Translations under genes and position numbers: made by a program | The notes under the pieces: generated by a model | Databases searched by the model: none | What the model was told of the DNA's origin: nothing | The model's input: the letters and a program-made list of their open reading frames with translations, nothing else | Part shown: one piece after another, positions 1 to 9,190 of the stretch | Position numbering within the stretch: the first letter of the stretch is position 1 | Layout: every line of letters starts with the position of its first letter | Source of the DNA: Candidatus Brockarchaeota archaeon | Lineage (GTDB): Archaea > Thermoproteota > EX4484-205 > JAAOZP01 | Direction: 5' to 3' | NCBI GenBank assembly: GCA_017601245.1 | Contig: JAFNJB010000049.1 | Coordinates: forward strand, 1 to 60,033 | Length of the DNA: 60,033 bases

Positions 1-194
1 GAGTTTTTAAAACCGTTTGGGGTAAACCCAAAAGCACCCGAGGGAGAGAAAAAACCCAGATTGTTTTCAAACGAAACATTGTAAGCACGTAGGAAGCATA
101 TGGTAGGTGTAGCTTCAACCCTTGAAACATCCATCAGGACTATTGCCAGTAAGAATGGGAAGAGGATTACTAGTGTCTCTTCATGACTATGCAA
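1..194 (-). CDS. Partial secreted/membrane protein running off the window start
   Basis: Open frame from TTG at 194 to the window edge: (M)HSHEETLVILFPFLLAIVLMDVSRVEATPTICF..., a hydrophobic signal-peptide-like N-terminus ending in VEA. Not in the ORF track because it is truncated. Confidence 0.4.
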   Translation of the reverse strand, partial: MHSHEETLVILFPFLLAIVLMDVSRVEATPTICFLRAYNVSFENNLGFFSPSGAFGFTPNGFKN

Positions 195-282
195 GATGCA
201 TTTTAAACCAGTTAAGTTTTTTAAAAGGTTTTTGTAGGAAGGGTTGTCAAAAAAGCTTTATTAAAATAGTCTAAAGTAGAAA

Positions 283-921
283 TCACCTTCTAAGATTAAC
301 GATTTTCTTAATTTTTGAAAGCATTTTCCCTAACCTCTTTTTCTTAACTTTCAGTTCCCCCTTTAAAATCATGTCGATAGCTTTCCTATACGCTTCTGGG
401 TCTTTGTAGGAGAGCAGTAATAGGGATTCTTCATCAATTGTAGATCCATGGGAATGAGATTTACTTTCCTCGATTGCTCTAGAATTATTCTTTCTTATTT
501 TCGAAGAGAATACTTCTAAAATGAGAATGATTAGACCAATTGTGAAGACTGTTAACATTTGAATGCATTTCAACAATTCTTCGTTAGATGTTACCGTATT
601 CTCTTTAAAATCGACTGAATTTACGAGAGCATCTCCAGAAACTCTTGCATCGTATGAGATTAGTAACGTCGAATCCTGCGCGTTGAAATTTAAACATTCA
701 GGATTAAAAACTATTGAAACGTTTTCAGGTATTACATTATCCATTCTTGCCTCCACCAATAATCCATTGGATAATAATCCAGCAATTCTTATAGAGATAA
801 GTGTAGAGTTTACGGATACATGGAAATCCGCTCCTGCCCTCATAACCGGTTTTTGAATAAGTAACGCAAGCAATGTTAAGAGCATCATTAGACGGATGCA
901 CACGTGTTTATTCAACTTCAT
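283..921 (-). CDS. Hypothetical membrane-anchored protein
   Basis: N-terminal signal-like hydrophobic stretch, a second TM segment (MLTVFTIGLIILILEVF) and a basic C-terminal tail; no recognised motif. Confidence 0.65.
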   Translation of the reverse strand: MKLNKHVCIRLMMLLTLLALLIQKPVMRAGADFHVSVNSTLISIRIAGLLSNGLLVEARMDNVIPENVSIVFNPECLNFNAQDSTLLISYDARVSGDALVNSVDFKENTVTSNEELLKCIQMLTVFTIGLIILILEVFSSKIRKNNSRAIEESKSHSHGSTIDEESLLLLSYKDPEAYRKAIDMILKGELKVKKKRLGKMLSKIKKIVNLRR

Positions 922-1065
922 GGAATAATCGTATCAAGATTCTAATAAGCACCAATATCCTTAAGATACGGCATCAATCCGCCCATCTTATCCTCATCCA
1001 TATTCAGATTTTTGAGGCGGTTTTCATCTGCCGTTAGAATAAATCTAAAATAGAATATTTAAGCG

Positions 1066-1545
1066 TTAAGCATCATTGCAAGTTGATTCGGTATTAAATA
1101 GCCTAGAAATCTGCCGGGATATGTTTTTCCAATGAGAACCTTTCCAGTATACTTTGCCACAAGACTTGCATTTCCAGAATTTTTCCACACCCTTGGGGGT
1201 GAAACCGAGCGTGTTAAAAGCCTCGTCTAAGCCTATGGCTTTAAGTTCGCCGTTGCAAACCGTGCATCTTAAAAAATCTTCCTTAAAAGTAAGGTTAAAA
1301 CGCTCTACAATCGTTCTGAGAACCTCTTGTTCACTTAACCCCTTTACCATAATTACCGTTATCCCCCTAGATTCAGCATACTTGGCTAGTTCGCTGTCAG
1401 AGGTAACAAGTATACGTCCCTCGGAAGCTATTTTTATTGCTTCATCGTCTTCTATGTTGTTTAGGTAAATAGTGTCATAGCCCATTATTCTAAGCCACCT
1501 GGCGACGTACCCATGCATACTGTCTACTAGAAACCTGAGGCTCAA
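1066..1545 (-). CDS. Mut7-C RNase domain protein (PIN-like fold plus Zn ribbon)
   Basis: FLVDSMHGYVARWLRIMGYD, RILVTSD, CTVCN...CKSC, YWKGSH match the Mut7-C pattern. Confidence 0.85.
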   Translation of the reverse strand: MSLRFLVDSMHGYVARWLRIMGYDTIYLNNIEDDEAIKIASEGRILVTSDSELAKYAESRGITVIMVKGLSEQEVLRTIVERFNLTFKEDFLRCTVCNGELKAIGLDEAFNTLGFTPKGVEKFWKCKSCGKVYWKGSHWKNISRQISRLFNTESTCNDA

Positions 1546-2423
1546 ACTTCAACAGCCTTCAAGAAATCCATTTCAGTTATAAAACCCTCTAAGGAGTCCG
1601 ACTTGACAACAAGCGCGGAGCCGTAACTGCTCCTTTTAACCGTCTCCCAGGCTTCTGAAATGCTAGTGTCAGGATCTAGCATGGGTATGTCCCTGACTGT
1701 AAAATCCAAAACATTCATAGACATCAATTCGCCGAGTGTTCTATCTGCTTTCCTAATTAATTCTCTCCCTCCCAAGAAACCGACTACAGACCGTGATGAA
1801 AAAAGCCCTATTGGATGAGAACCTTCTAGGCAGGGGAGCCTCCTGTATCCAGATTTAACCATTACCTCTATGCCTTCTCCTAGAGTCCTGTCAGCAGATA
1901 TGCATACTGGAGATTTAGACATGAAGTCTTTTAAGACGCCTCCACTTAGAGAATAGTTAAACTTTTCAAGAACATCCCTTACTGTTAAAACAGCTCTAAG
2001 CACGCCATCGTTGTCGATAACTGCTAATCCGTTAATACCCTTCTGTTTCATTAACCTTATTGACTCAATCATACTCGTAGACTCCCCTATGCTAACAATA
2101 TCCTTACGCATAACTCTAGAAACATTAGTGGAAAGAATGCTTAAAACTGGAGTTTCAAGATCCTCCCTCGACTTCCATAATAAGTATTGAACGACCTCCA
2201 TAGGAGTTACTACTCCTTGGAGAATACCATTTGGAGCAGTTACAAATATTCTTCTAAAGCCTCTTGCAACCATTGTTTCAAGAAGTCTAAGCAATGGCGT
2301 TGTTTTAGTAACCTGTAATGGGGGAGAGGATGCGTAATTCAAAACAGAATTCTTAGAAACGCGTGAAGGAGGCCTCTCCCATTGACGCCCCCGGATATAC
2401 CTTATTCCCCTATCCTTCTCCAA
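1542..2423 (-). CDS. CBS domain protein (4 CBS repeats)
   Basis: Repeated CBS motifs (LQGVVT, LRAVLT..DV, IGLFS, LEGFITEMD). Its stop overlaps the Mut7-C start (TTGA). Confidence 0.85.
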   Translation of the reverse strand: MEKDRGIRYIRGRQWERPPSRVSKNSVLNYASSPPLQVTKTTPLLRLLETMVARGFRRIFVTAPNGILQGVVTPMEVVQYLLWKSREDLETPVLSILSTNVSRVMRKDIVSIGESTSMIESIRLMKQKGINGLAVIDNDGVLRAVLTVRDVLEKFNYSLSGGVLKDFMSKSPVCISADRTLGEGIEVMVKSGYRRLPCLEGSHPIGLFSSRSVVGFLGGRELIRKADRTLGELMSMNVLDFTVRDIPMLDPDTSISEAWETVKRSSYGSALVVKSDSLEGFITEMDFLKAVEV

Positions 2424-2425
2424 GA

Positions 2426-2995
2426 CTAATCTTCCGAAGCAAGCCTAATGTCTTCACTGCAATCTTCGCAGAGAAGCCTCCCCTCTACAACATTAAGCGA
2501 GTCGGACCAAATTCCGCATTCTTCACAGAACCCTTCGTAAACCTCTTTCTTTACGATTCCTCGTGAACGCTCTATGGAAGTAGCTTCAATTAACTCATAC
2601 ATCGCTGGTATTGCATATACAAGGTCTCTCTCAGAAACTATCCCGACGAGTTTACCCTCCCTCTCCACACCCAGCTTCTTAATCCTACTCTTCCGCATTT
2701 TCTCTAAGGCATCTATTATACTACTACTGCTACTGATCTTCTTTAATGGGTTCGACATTACCTCTTTAACTTTGACTGAATTGGGATCCCTGCTCTTTGC
2801 AACCACTTTTTCTATAACATCCCTTTCAGTTATTATGCCAATATCCTTCCCCTCTTCATCCACTACTATAAGGGAGCTTATGTCATTATCAACCATTTTT
2901 ACGACTGCTTCATAAACGCTATCATCTGGATCGATTGTTAAGACTGGGAAGCTCATTACCTCTTCAACTGTCAACGCCCTTTTACTCGATTTCAA
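2426..2995 (-). CDS. CBS-pair protein with C-terminal Zn finger
   Basis: VMSFPV..IGIITERD..VMSNPL..VGIVSERD plus CEEC...CEDC. Start placed at TTG 2995 because the longer ORF (to 3103) overlaps rps25e. Confidence 0.85.
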   Translation of the reverse strand: MKSSKRALTVEEVMSFPVLTIDPDDSVYEAVVKMVDNDISSLIVVDEEGKDIGIITERDVIEKVVAKSRDPNSVKVKEVMSNPLKKISSSSSIIDALEKMRKSRIKKLGVEREGKLVGIVSERDLVYAIPAMYELIEATSIERSRGIVKKEVYEGFCEECGIWSDSLNVVEGRLLCEDCSEDIRLASED

Positions 2996-3090
2996 TCCTC
3001 TCCCCTTTCGACTTAAGAATATGATGGCAAGGTATTTAAGCATAATAGGGTTAGACTTATCTATAGGTATTTGGAATAATTTCCTAGAGA

Positions 3091-3399
3091 ATGGGTGGGA
3101 CAAAGAAGCTTCGTTTAAGCCAGCTAGAAAAGAGGCAGGAGAGGGAGAAAGCCAAGAAGGAAAAGGGAAGCGAGAAGGTGAAAATAGAGAAAAGGGTTGG
3201 AGAAGTTTTGAGCGATGCTGACGAGAAAATTTTAGAGAAGCTTAAGGGATTTAAAGTCATAACACCGTACGTTGTTTTCACCCAGACCGGATTAAGGCTA
3301 GGAGAAGCTAAGAGGCTTCTTAAACGCTTAGAGGAAAAAGGCCTGTTGAAACGTGTCAATGAGGAAAACAGACTGCCGCTCTATACTCAAGCAGCTTAA
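3091..3399 (+). CDS. rps25e: 30S ribosomal protein S25e
   Basis: MGGTKK..LSQLEKRQ N-terminus and winged-helix core VITPYVV...A.R.L..LE.KGL. Confidence 0.85.
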   Translation: MGGTKKLRLSQLEKRQEREKAKKEKGSEKVKIEKRVGEVLSDADEKILEKLKGFKVITPYVVFTQTGLRLGEAKRLLKRLEEKGLLKRVNEENRLPLYTQAA

Positions 3400-3773
3400 C
3401 ACCGTAGGACAGAAACGACAGCCCCATCTTTTAGAGATTTAAGCCTCTCCACGGGAGTTAGCATCCTACCGATTAGGGCTGTTCTAATAAGGCGACATTC
3501 CTCGGAAGAAGCTGAAGTGAAGAAAACCAGTCCCTGGAAATAAGGAGAGTAGCCAACATCCCCCATAGAGGCATCTGTAGCAAACTTTTCAACTCCCATT
3601 TTCAATCCAATGTTAAGACACACGTATGTATTGCCTATGCTTACCACACCAACTTTTGGCAACAGGTTGCTTAAAGCATGGAAGACCCTCGGCGAAAAAC
3701 CTCTTTTCACAATAAACCTCCCCAGCTCCTCTCCTTCTGAAACTATTTTAATCTCAAACTCATCCATTGACAT
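3396..3773 (-). CDS. Cyclophilin-like fold protein
   Basis: SPR..AL..LP, GDVGY.P...LVFF, IGR pattern typical of archaeal cyclophilin-like (TM1367-type) proteins. Confidence 0.6.
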   Translation of the reverse strand: MSMDEFEIKIVSEGEELGRFIVKRGFSPRVFHALSNLLPKVGVVSIGNTYVCLNIGLKMGVEKFATDASMGDVGYSPYFQGLVFFTSASSEECRLIRTALIGRMLTPVERLKSLKDGAVVSVLRC

Positions 3774-3828
3774 AAAAGTTTAACAATATGTAAAACGGGA
3801 GAGATTAATAAGGCTTGGGTGGTGGAGA

Positions 3829-4050
3829 ATGGTCCTTTTAATAGGGCCGCCTGATGCTAAAGATCGTTTAAAAAGCCTCGAGAAAGAAAAGGAGAGGCTT
3901 GAAAAGGAATATGAAGAATTGCAGAAAAAGTATGAAAGGGGCGAAATAAGTAAGGAAGAATATGAGAGGAGGAAGCATGATATAGAAAGGGAGTTTGTAG
4001 AAGTTATGGACAGAATAACCCAATATAAAGCGTTTACAAGCGGTTTTTAA
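3829..4050 (+). CDS. Small coiled-coil protein with SHOCT-like motif
   Basis: L..KYERGEISKEEYERRK motif; purine-rich coding bias. Confidence 0.6.
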   Translation: MVLLIGPPDAKDRLKSLEKEKERLEKEYEELQKKYERGEISKEEYERRKHDIEREFVEVMDRITQYKAFTSGF

Positions 4051-4173
4051 AGCTTAGAAGGACGGGCTCATGGATTTTGAACAGCTTAATCGAAGAAAAA
4101 GCCCTAAAAGGCTTATTTCAGGGAGTTTAAACGTAGAAACGCTTAAAAACAGGTTTCCTCCGGGTAGGAGACG

Positions 4174-5802
4174 ATGAGTGTAAGAGGCTCTTCATCACCC
4201 AGGGTTATACCCTCCATAATCCTTAAGGAAGGAAGTAGGAGGAGTTGTGAGAAGGAGGCTCAACTCTACAACCTATTGGCCTCAGAGGTTATTTTTGAAA
4301 CCGTGAGGACTGCACTCGGCCCGCTTAGTTATAGTAAGATAATCGTAGATACCTTCGGCGACACGACTATAACCGGCGACGGTGCAACTATACTTAGCGA
4401 GCTTGAAGTAGAGCACCCAGCTGCCAAACTTATAGTTGATGCTGCTAAATCACAGAATAAAGAGGTTGGGGACGGAGTAACAACCCTAGTTGTCTTAACC
4501 CACCTCTTGTTTAAAGAAGCGGATCTACTCATGAAGCAGGGTATACATCCCTCCATAATTCTTGAAAACTATAAGGCGGGGATGGTAAGGGTTTTAGAGG
4601 CTTTAAGAAATGAGCTTGCCACTAGGGTTGATTTAAAGAATGTTGATCTGCTTAGGAGGATTGCCCTTTCTGCAATACCTTTATCATTGAGTAATGAGAC
4701 ACGTGAGAAACTTGCAGACATTTCAGTGAAGGCAGTAGTTAAGCTACTAGAGAAGGGAGTGGAGAATACAAGGGTTTTCGATGAGTACTTAAAGACTGAG
4801 AAAAAGAGCGGTGGCACTGTCTTAGATATTCAACTGATAGAAGGTGTTGCTCTCGATAAAGAGATCGTACACCCTGCAATGCCTAAGAGAATAGAGAATG
4901 CTAAAATAGCACTACTAGACCTGCCGATTGAAGTTAAGAAGACTGAAATAGACGAGAGATTGAAGTTTAGCGATGCTAGAATGATAAGGGAGTTTCTAAA
5001 GATGGAACAGAAAATGATGAGCGATATCGTTGACAAGATAGCTGGATTAGGAGTGAATGTTGTTTTCGTCCAAAAAGGCATAGACGACTTTGCACAGTAC
5101 ATATTAGCTAAGAAGGGGATAATGGCTTTGAGAAGAGTCAAGAAATCCGATATGGAGAAGCTTGCTCTCGCAACTGGTGCTAAAATAGTTAGCGTAATAG
5201 ATGATTTAAGCGAAGACAAGCTTGGTTTCGCAGGCTTAGTTGAAGAGAGAAAAATAGGAGGGGAAAAATGGACGTTCGTCGAAAAGACCCCGAATAATGC
5301 CGTTCAAACAATACTAGTTAGGGGTGAGAACGATAAGATTACTGATGAAATGGAGCGGATCGTTAAGAATTGTATCTCCGTGCTTAGGTCACTTGTTGAA
5401 GAGCCTTACGTAGTTCCCGGTGGAGGGGCTGCGGAAGTATTCGCTACGCGTAAGCTTATTGAAGCAGGTATGGGTGGAAAAGAAGGATTAGTCATGGAGG
5501 CTCTCAGCAGAGCTTTTGAAGCATACGTCAAGCAGATAATAGCCAATGCTGGCCATGATCCTGATGAAATATTTACAATGCTCAGGGCTGCACATGCAGA
5601 AGGTAGGAAGACAGCTTGCTTCGATGCTTCAGAAGGGAAGATTTCAGATGCGATTGAGAAAAACATCCTAGACCCGTTAAGAGTGAAGAAGACAGCATAC
5701 CTTTCAGCACTTGAAACGGCAGCAATGCTAGTAAGGATTGACGACATAATAATGGCAGCTAGGATGAAGCCTCCTAAGGGTAAGGAAGGCGAGGAAGAGT
5801 AA
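4174..5802 (+). CDS. ths: Thermosome (group II chaperonin) subunit, divergent
   Basis: LGP, DGATIL, HPAAK, GDGVTT, GGGAAE, I.DP..VK..A...A.E.A....RIDD and an apical helical protrusion. Confidence 0.95.
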   Translation: MSVRGSSSPRVIPSIILKEGSRRSCEKEAQLYNLLASEVIFETVRTALGPLSYSKIIVDTFGDTTITGDGATILSELEVEHPAAKLIVDAAKSQNKEVGDGVTTLVVLTHLLFKEADLLMKQGIHPSIILENYKAGMVRVLEALRNELATRVDLKNVDLLRRIALSAIPLSLSNETREKLADISVKAVVKLLEKGVENTRVFDEYLKTEKKSGGTVLDIQLIEGVALDKEIVHPAMPKRIENAKIALLDLPIEVKKTEIDERLKFSDARMIREFLKMEQKMMSDIVDKIAGLGVNVVFVQKGIDDFAQYILAKKGIMALRRVKKSDMEKLALATGAKIVSVIDDLSEDKLGFAGLVEERKIGGEKWTFVEKTPNNAVQTILVRGENDKITDEMERIVKNCISVLRSLVEEPYVVPGGGAAEVFATRKLIEAGMGGKEGLVMEALSRAFEAYVKQIIANAGHDPDEIFTMLRAAHAEGRKTACFDASEGKISDAIEKNILDPLRVKKTAYLSALETAAMLVRIDDIIMAARMKPPKGKEGEEE

Positions 5803-5809
5803 TAACAAA

Positions 5810-6112
5810 GTGGTGGATGAGAAGGAGTTAGAATTGGTAGCTTTAAGAAACAGTATTGAGGAAAGAGTGGAGCTTTTAAAAAAGAAGTTGACTAAATTTG
5901 AAAAGGCAAGGATAATAGGTCTAAGAGCGCTAGAACTTTCTCTAGGAGCACCCCCGTTAATACCGATTGATCAAGAAGGGGGTAGGATGAGCACTATTGA
6001 AATAGCTAAACGTGAAGTGGAGATGAAAGTATTACCGTTAATAATCGGTAGGAGGATGCCTGATAATACATATGCTTACGTGCCCCTGAGTGAGCTTGAG
6101 ATTGAAGATTAA
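5810..6112 (+). CDS. rpoK: DNA-directed RNA polymerase subunit K (Rpo6)
   Basis: LTKFEKARIIGLRALELSLGAPPLI...IEIAKRE...LPLII.R. Confidence 0.92.
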   Translation: MVDEKELELVALRNSIEERVELLKKKLTKFEKARIIGLRALELSLGAPPLIPIDQEGGRMSTIEIAKREVEMKVLPLIIGRRMPDNTYAYVPLSELEIED

Positions 6113-6236
6113 ACTGCCCTGGACAAGGGGAAATATCGCATTTAACTGAAGATAGGCATCATTACCATAAGAGGAAAGATTTTTATTTAGGTTAAATGAG
6201 CTAACTCCTGCTAAAAAGGAGGTGTAAGAGAAAACC

Positions 6237-6533
6237 ATGTGCGCCCAAACTGGATCCATGCCTAACGTTGTACTAGTCGGCAAGAAGCCTGCATTGGTCT
6301 ACGCAGTCGCAGCACTAATGCAATTGACATCAGAACACAACGAAGTAGTCTTGAAGGCAAGGGGAAGAGCAATATCTAAGGCTGTTGACGTTGTTGAAAT
6401 ATTGAAGAGGAGATTCTTAGGAAACCAGATGACTCTAAAGAACATTCAAATAGGAACCGAAACATTCCAGACACCGGACAATAGGCAAAGGTTCATTTCA
6501 ACAATAGAAATCACCATCTCAAAAACATCTTAG
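6237..6533 (+). CDS. albA: DNA/RNA-binding protein Alba
   Basis: VLVGKKP..Y, V.LKARGRAISKAVDVVE, ISTIEI. GGAGG lies upstream; alternative start at 6258. Confidence 0.92.
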   Translation: MCAQTGSMPNVVLVGKKPALVYAVAALMQLTSEHNEVVLKARGRAISKAVDVVEILKRRFLGNQMTLKNIQIGTETFQTPDNRQRFISTIEITISKTS

Positions 6534-6581
6534 AAACAGTCTACAAGCAGAATATCAGTATTGTTTTTTACGTCAATCTTT

Positions 6582-7088
6582 TTAACGAAGCTTCTTAACC
6601 ATCAATAACCCCGTTGTCCCGTCGAGATAATAGTGCGGGAGCTCCCTAACCACCTTATACCCAAGTTTCTTATATAGTCTAATTGCCTTCTCATTGTTAA
6701 TCCTAACTTCAAGATAACTTTCATCAATAGAGTTGCGAACCATCTCTTCCAGAACAGTTTTCATTAACATAGTGCCTATACCCCTATTGTGGAAGGGTTT
6801 TCTTACTGCAAGGCTTACGACATGACCCTTCTTTACTATGGAGAAGCCTCCCTCAGAAGGGAAGCCCATTTCTATTCTACATACTACGTAGCCAACAACT
6901 TCGTTAGACTTTGCAAGGACTGCAACGAGAAAATAGTTTGGAAACCTTTCGAGCAGATCCATGAAAAAGGAAGGAGGATAATTCTCAGGCAACTCTGATC
7001 TATTTATTTCAATTACGCTTGGAAGATTATCCGGCTCCGCATGTTTAATAATTACTTCATCTGTCAGGGCTGTGACCATACGATTCAT
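6582..7088 (-). CDS. ard1: N-terminal acetyltransferase (Ard1/RimI family)
   Basis: LPENY, GHVVSLAV....RGIG..L, YLEVR..N..A..LY.KLG, YY.DG. Confidence 0.9.
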   Translation of the reverse strand: MNRMVTALTDEVIIKHAEPDNLPSVIEINRSELPENYPPSFFMDLLERFPNYFLVAVLAKSNEVVGYVVCRIEMGFPSEGGFSIVKKGHVVSLAVRKPFHNRGIGTMLMKTVLEEMVRNSIDESYLEVRINNEKAIRLYKKLGYKVVRELPHYYLDGTTGLLMVKKLR

Positions 7089-7113
7089 GAAATGTTAAGC
7101 CCATTTAAAACCG

Positions 7114-8157
7114 TTACGCTCCCCCACCTGTATTAGGCTCTTTTACCGGCTCCAAGATGGTAAGGGAAGCATTCGTTACTATACCTGTTTTCGAACCTTT
7201 TGGGAGGAATAGTCTTGAAGCCTTGTAGGCGTCGAATAGAGTATCATATGCTTTAGAGTCCAGTATCATCTTTAAGAGGGGGTCAGGTATTGCTGAAACA
7301 GTATGCACAAGCTTTTCTCTTAAAAGACCTCTGCATAAGTCGATGTATCTTAGGATTAAGGGTGTTTCCAGTTCAATTTTGCGATTATAACTTAAAACTA
7401 ATTCTGGATCGAGTCCTAGACCCATCGAACCTTCTGCAATCAAAACGATTCTATCACAATCACATCCCTGGAGGCAGTTTGGAAATACGCAAAGTGCTCT
7501 ACTTAAAGACTCGTCGAAGGGATCTCCACCGGCCGATATCATTAACAGCTCGGCTTTTGAATTTGGAATCTTAGACAACAACCCCTTTTTAAATAGCTTC
7601 GTTGCTTCATAGGCTTCAACCGGGTTATCTACTATGAGAACATGTGAATTCTCAGACCAGGGGGCAAACATGATAAGCTTAAGATCAATAAGACTATTGA
7701 TGTCTTCTAAATAGTCTCTAATGTTAACGATATCCCCAGATTTGGAGGCTTCGACTACGTCTGTCTTAAAATCTCTCCAAAGCTTGGAGTTGAAAGGTAT
7801 TAGGTTTTCGCCTAGCCCCCTGAATTCTATCAAGGGATCAAGATGTGGGTAGCTTAGTAAAAGTGCTGATTCAACAGACGAAACATCGACGGGGTTGCTG
7901 TTTAACATATCGAAGCAAGAAAGCTCTTTTAAGTTTTCGGAAAGGTTTTTTCTGAAAAAACCCTTTACATTATTGGGTAGAGTAGGATCCATTAACAATA
8001 GCCTTTTCTCTCTCAATATGCTTTTCAAAATGCTGTTTAACATTTGAAGATTAAACAGGTTATTGTTAAGCACGTTAGGGAAGACCCATGCTAAGTCCTC
8101 GTGGTCGATCTTAATACTTATACTCGTCGAACCGTAGGGCAGCCATACTGCTGGCAC
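7114..8157 (-). CDS. Lactate racemase (LarA)-like domain protein, degenerate
   Basis: N-terminal LPYG and C-terminal SAGG.P.D..L resemble the LarA family; the core is poorly conserved. Confidence 0.55.
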   Translation of the reverse strand: MPAVWLPYGSTSISIKIDHEDLAWVFPNVLNNNLFNLQMLNSILKSILREKRLLLMDPTLPNNVKGFFRKNLSENLKELSCFDMLNSNPVDVSSVESALLLSYPHLDPLIEFRGLGENLIPFNSKLWRDFKTDVVEASKSGDIVNIRDYLEDINSLIDLKLIMFAPWSENSHVLIVDNPVEAYEATKLFKKGLLSKIPNSKAELLMISAGGDPFDESLSRALCVFPNCLQGCDCDRIVLIAEGSMGLGLDPELVLSYNRKIELETPLILRYIDLCRGLLREKLVHTVSAIPDPLLKMILDSKAYDTLFDAYKASRLFLPKGSKTGIVTNASLTILEPVKEPNTGGGA

Positions 8158-8326
8158 TAGGACACACTCCTGAATCTAGTAGTAACTGTAAATTGTGCTT
8201 AAGATATTAATAATCATTGCGTATTATTCTAGGCAGAATAAGAGATAGGTTTTTAAGGTTTCTTATCCATCATTTTTGACTCCGGATGAAAAGGTTAAAT
8301 AGTATTAACTATGTGATTAAGAATGT

Positions 8327-8755
8327 ATGTTTAGTTGGGAGTCGGATTTCGAAGAGGCCGTTAAGACAATAAATATTTATAGTAAAAAAATTCAAACGTT
8401 AAAGACCCTTAGAGAAAGCGGGAAAATATCTGAAAAAACAGCCGAGTTCCTTCAGAAGGAGTTTGACAATTATGTTAAGACGATCGAGGCGAGAAAGCAG
8501 ACGGTTTTGGAAAAGCTTGAGACTAGGCTTAAGGAAGTCCAGCAGCAGATGGAGATTATTGAGAAACTGATTGCAAATAATGAGATCAGGTTTTCAGCTC
8601 AAGAGATTTCAGAAGACAGGTATACAAAGATAGCTACAGCCTTAAACTATGCTCTGGAAGAAACCAGGAACGAATATGAGAGTCTTAGGGAAGCCATATC
8701 TATACTCACCAGGCTTCCTGAGCTTATAAGTCGGAGTGAGAATACTGAGAGTTAA
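8327..8755 (+). CDS. CdvA-like coiled-coil protein (no PRC barrel)
   Basis: Two L..L...G.IS/E(E)IS...Y repeats within a long coiled coil, as in the helical region of CdvA. Confidence 0.6.
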   Translation: MFSWESDFEEAVKTINIYSKKIQTLKTLRESGKISEKTAEFLQKEFDNYVKTIEARKQTVLEKLETRLKEVQQQMEIIEKLIANNEIRFSAQEISEDRYTKIATALNYALEETRNEYESLREAISILTRLPELISRSENTES

Positions 8756-9080
8756 TAGAGTCCGTCTCCATAGTCACTTTCTCAAGCCTTATACCCTTAT
8801 CGAAAATGAGCTCGTATATCTGGTTTATTTGAGGGCTTCCCAAAGCCTTATACTCCCTCTCAGTAAGGTATACTATTAATCTTGGTGTGCCATATTTCGG
8901 CACAAGCCCTGCCTGTTGGAGGCCACTTAACAGGCCACGGATCATCTGTTGAGCATAAAGTACGTCCTCGGAAGATTTATCGATAATACCGGATGGTGTG
9001 ATTGAAGTGAAATCAACCCTCACACCCGGCTCACCCTCTACATCAACGCTCCCTATGAAGGTTACTTTAACCCTTACCAT
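8724..9080 (-). CDS. Arcadin-1-like protein
   Basis: VRVKV...V.G...VRVDF, SE....AQ.M...L, PRL..YLTE.EY..LG.P.I...Y resemble Pyrobaculum arcadin-1 (recalled, not searched). Confidence 0.55.
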   Translation of the reverse strand: MVRVKVTFIGSVDVEGEPGVRVDFTSITPSGIIDKSSEDVLYAQQMIRGLLSGLQQAGLVPKYGTPRLIVYLTEREYKALGSPQINQIYELIFDKGIRLEKVTMETDSINSQYSHSDL

Positions 9081-9190
9081 CTGTTCTATTAACCATTGAC
9101 CGACTAATAAAGCTATTCACAGTTATTTGGCAATTTCTGGCTTTTACTCGGGAAAGATTTTTAAGCGAAACGAATTGATTGAGAGCAAAA

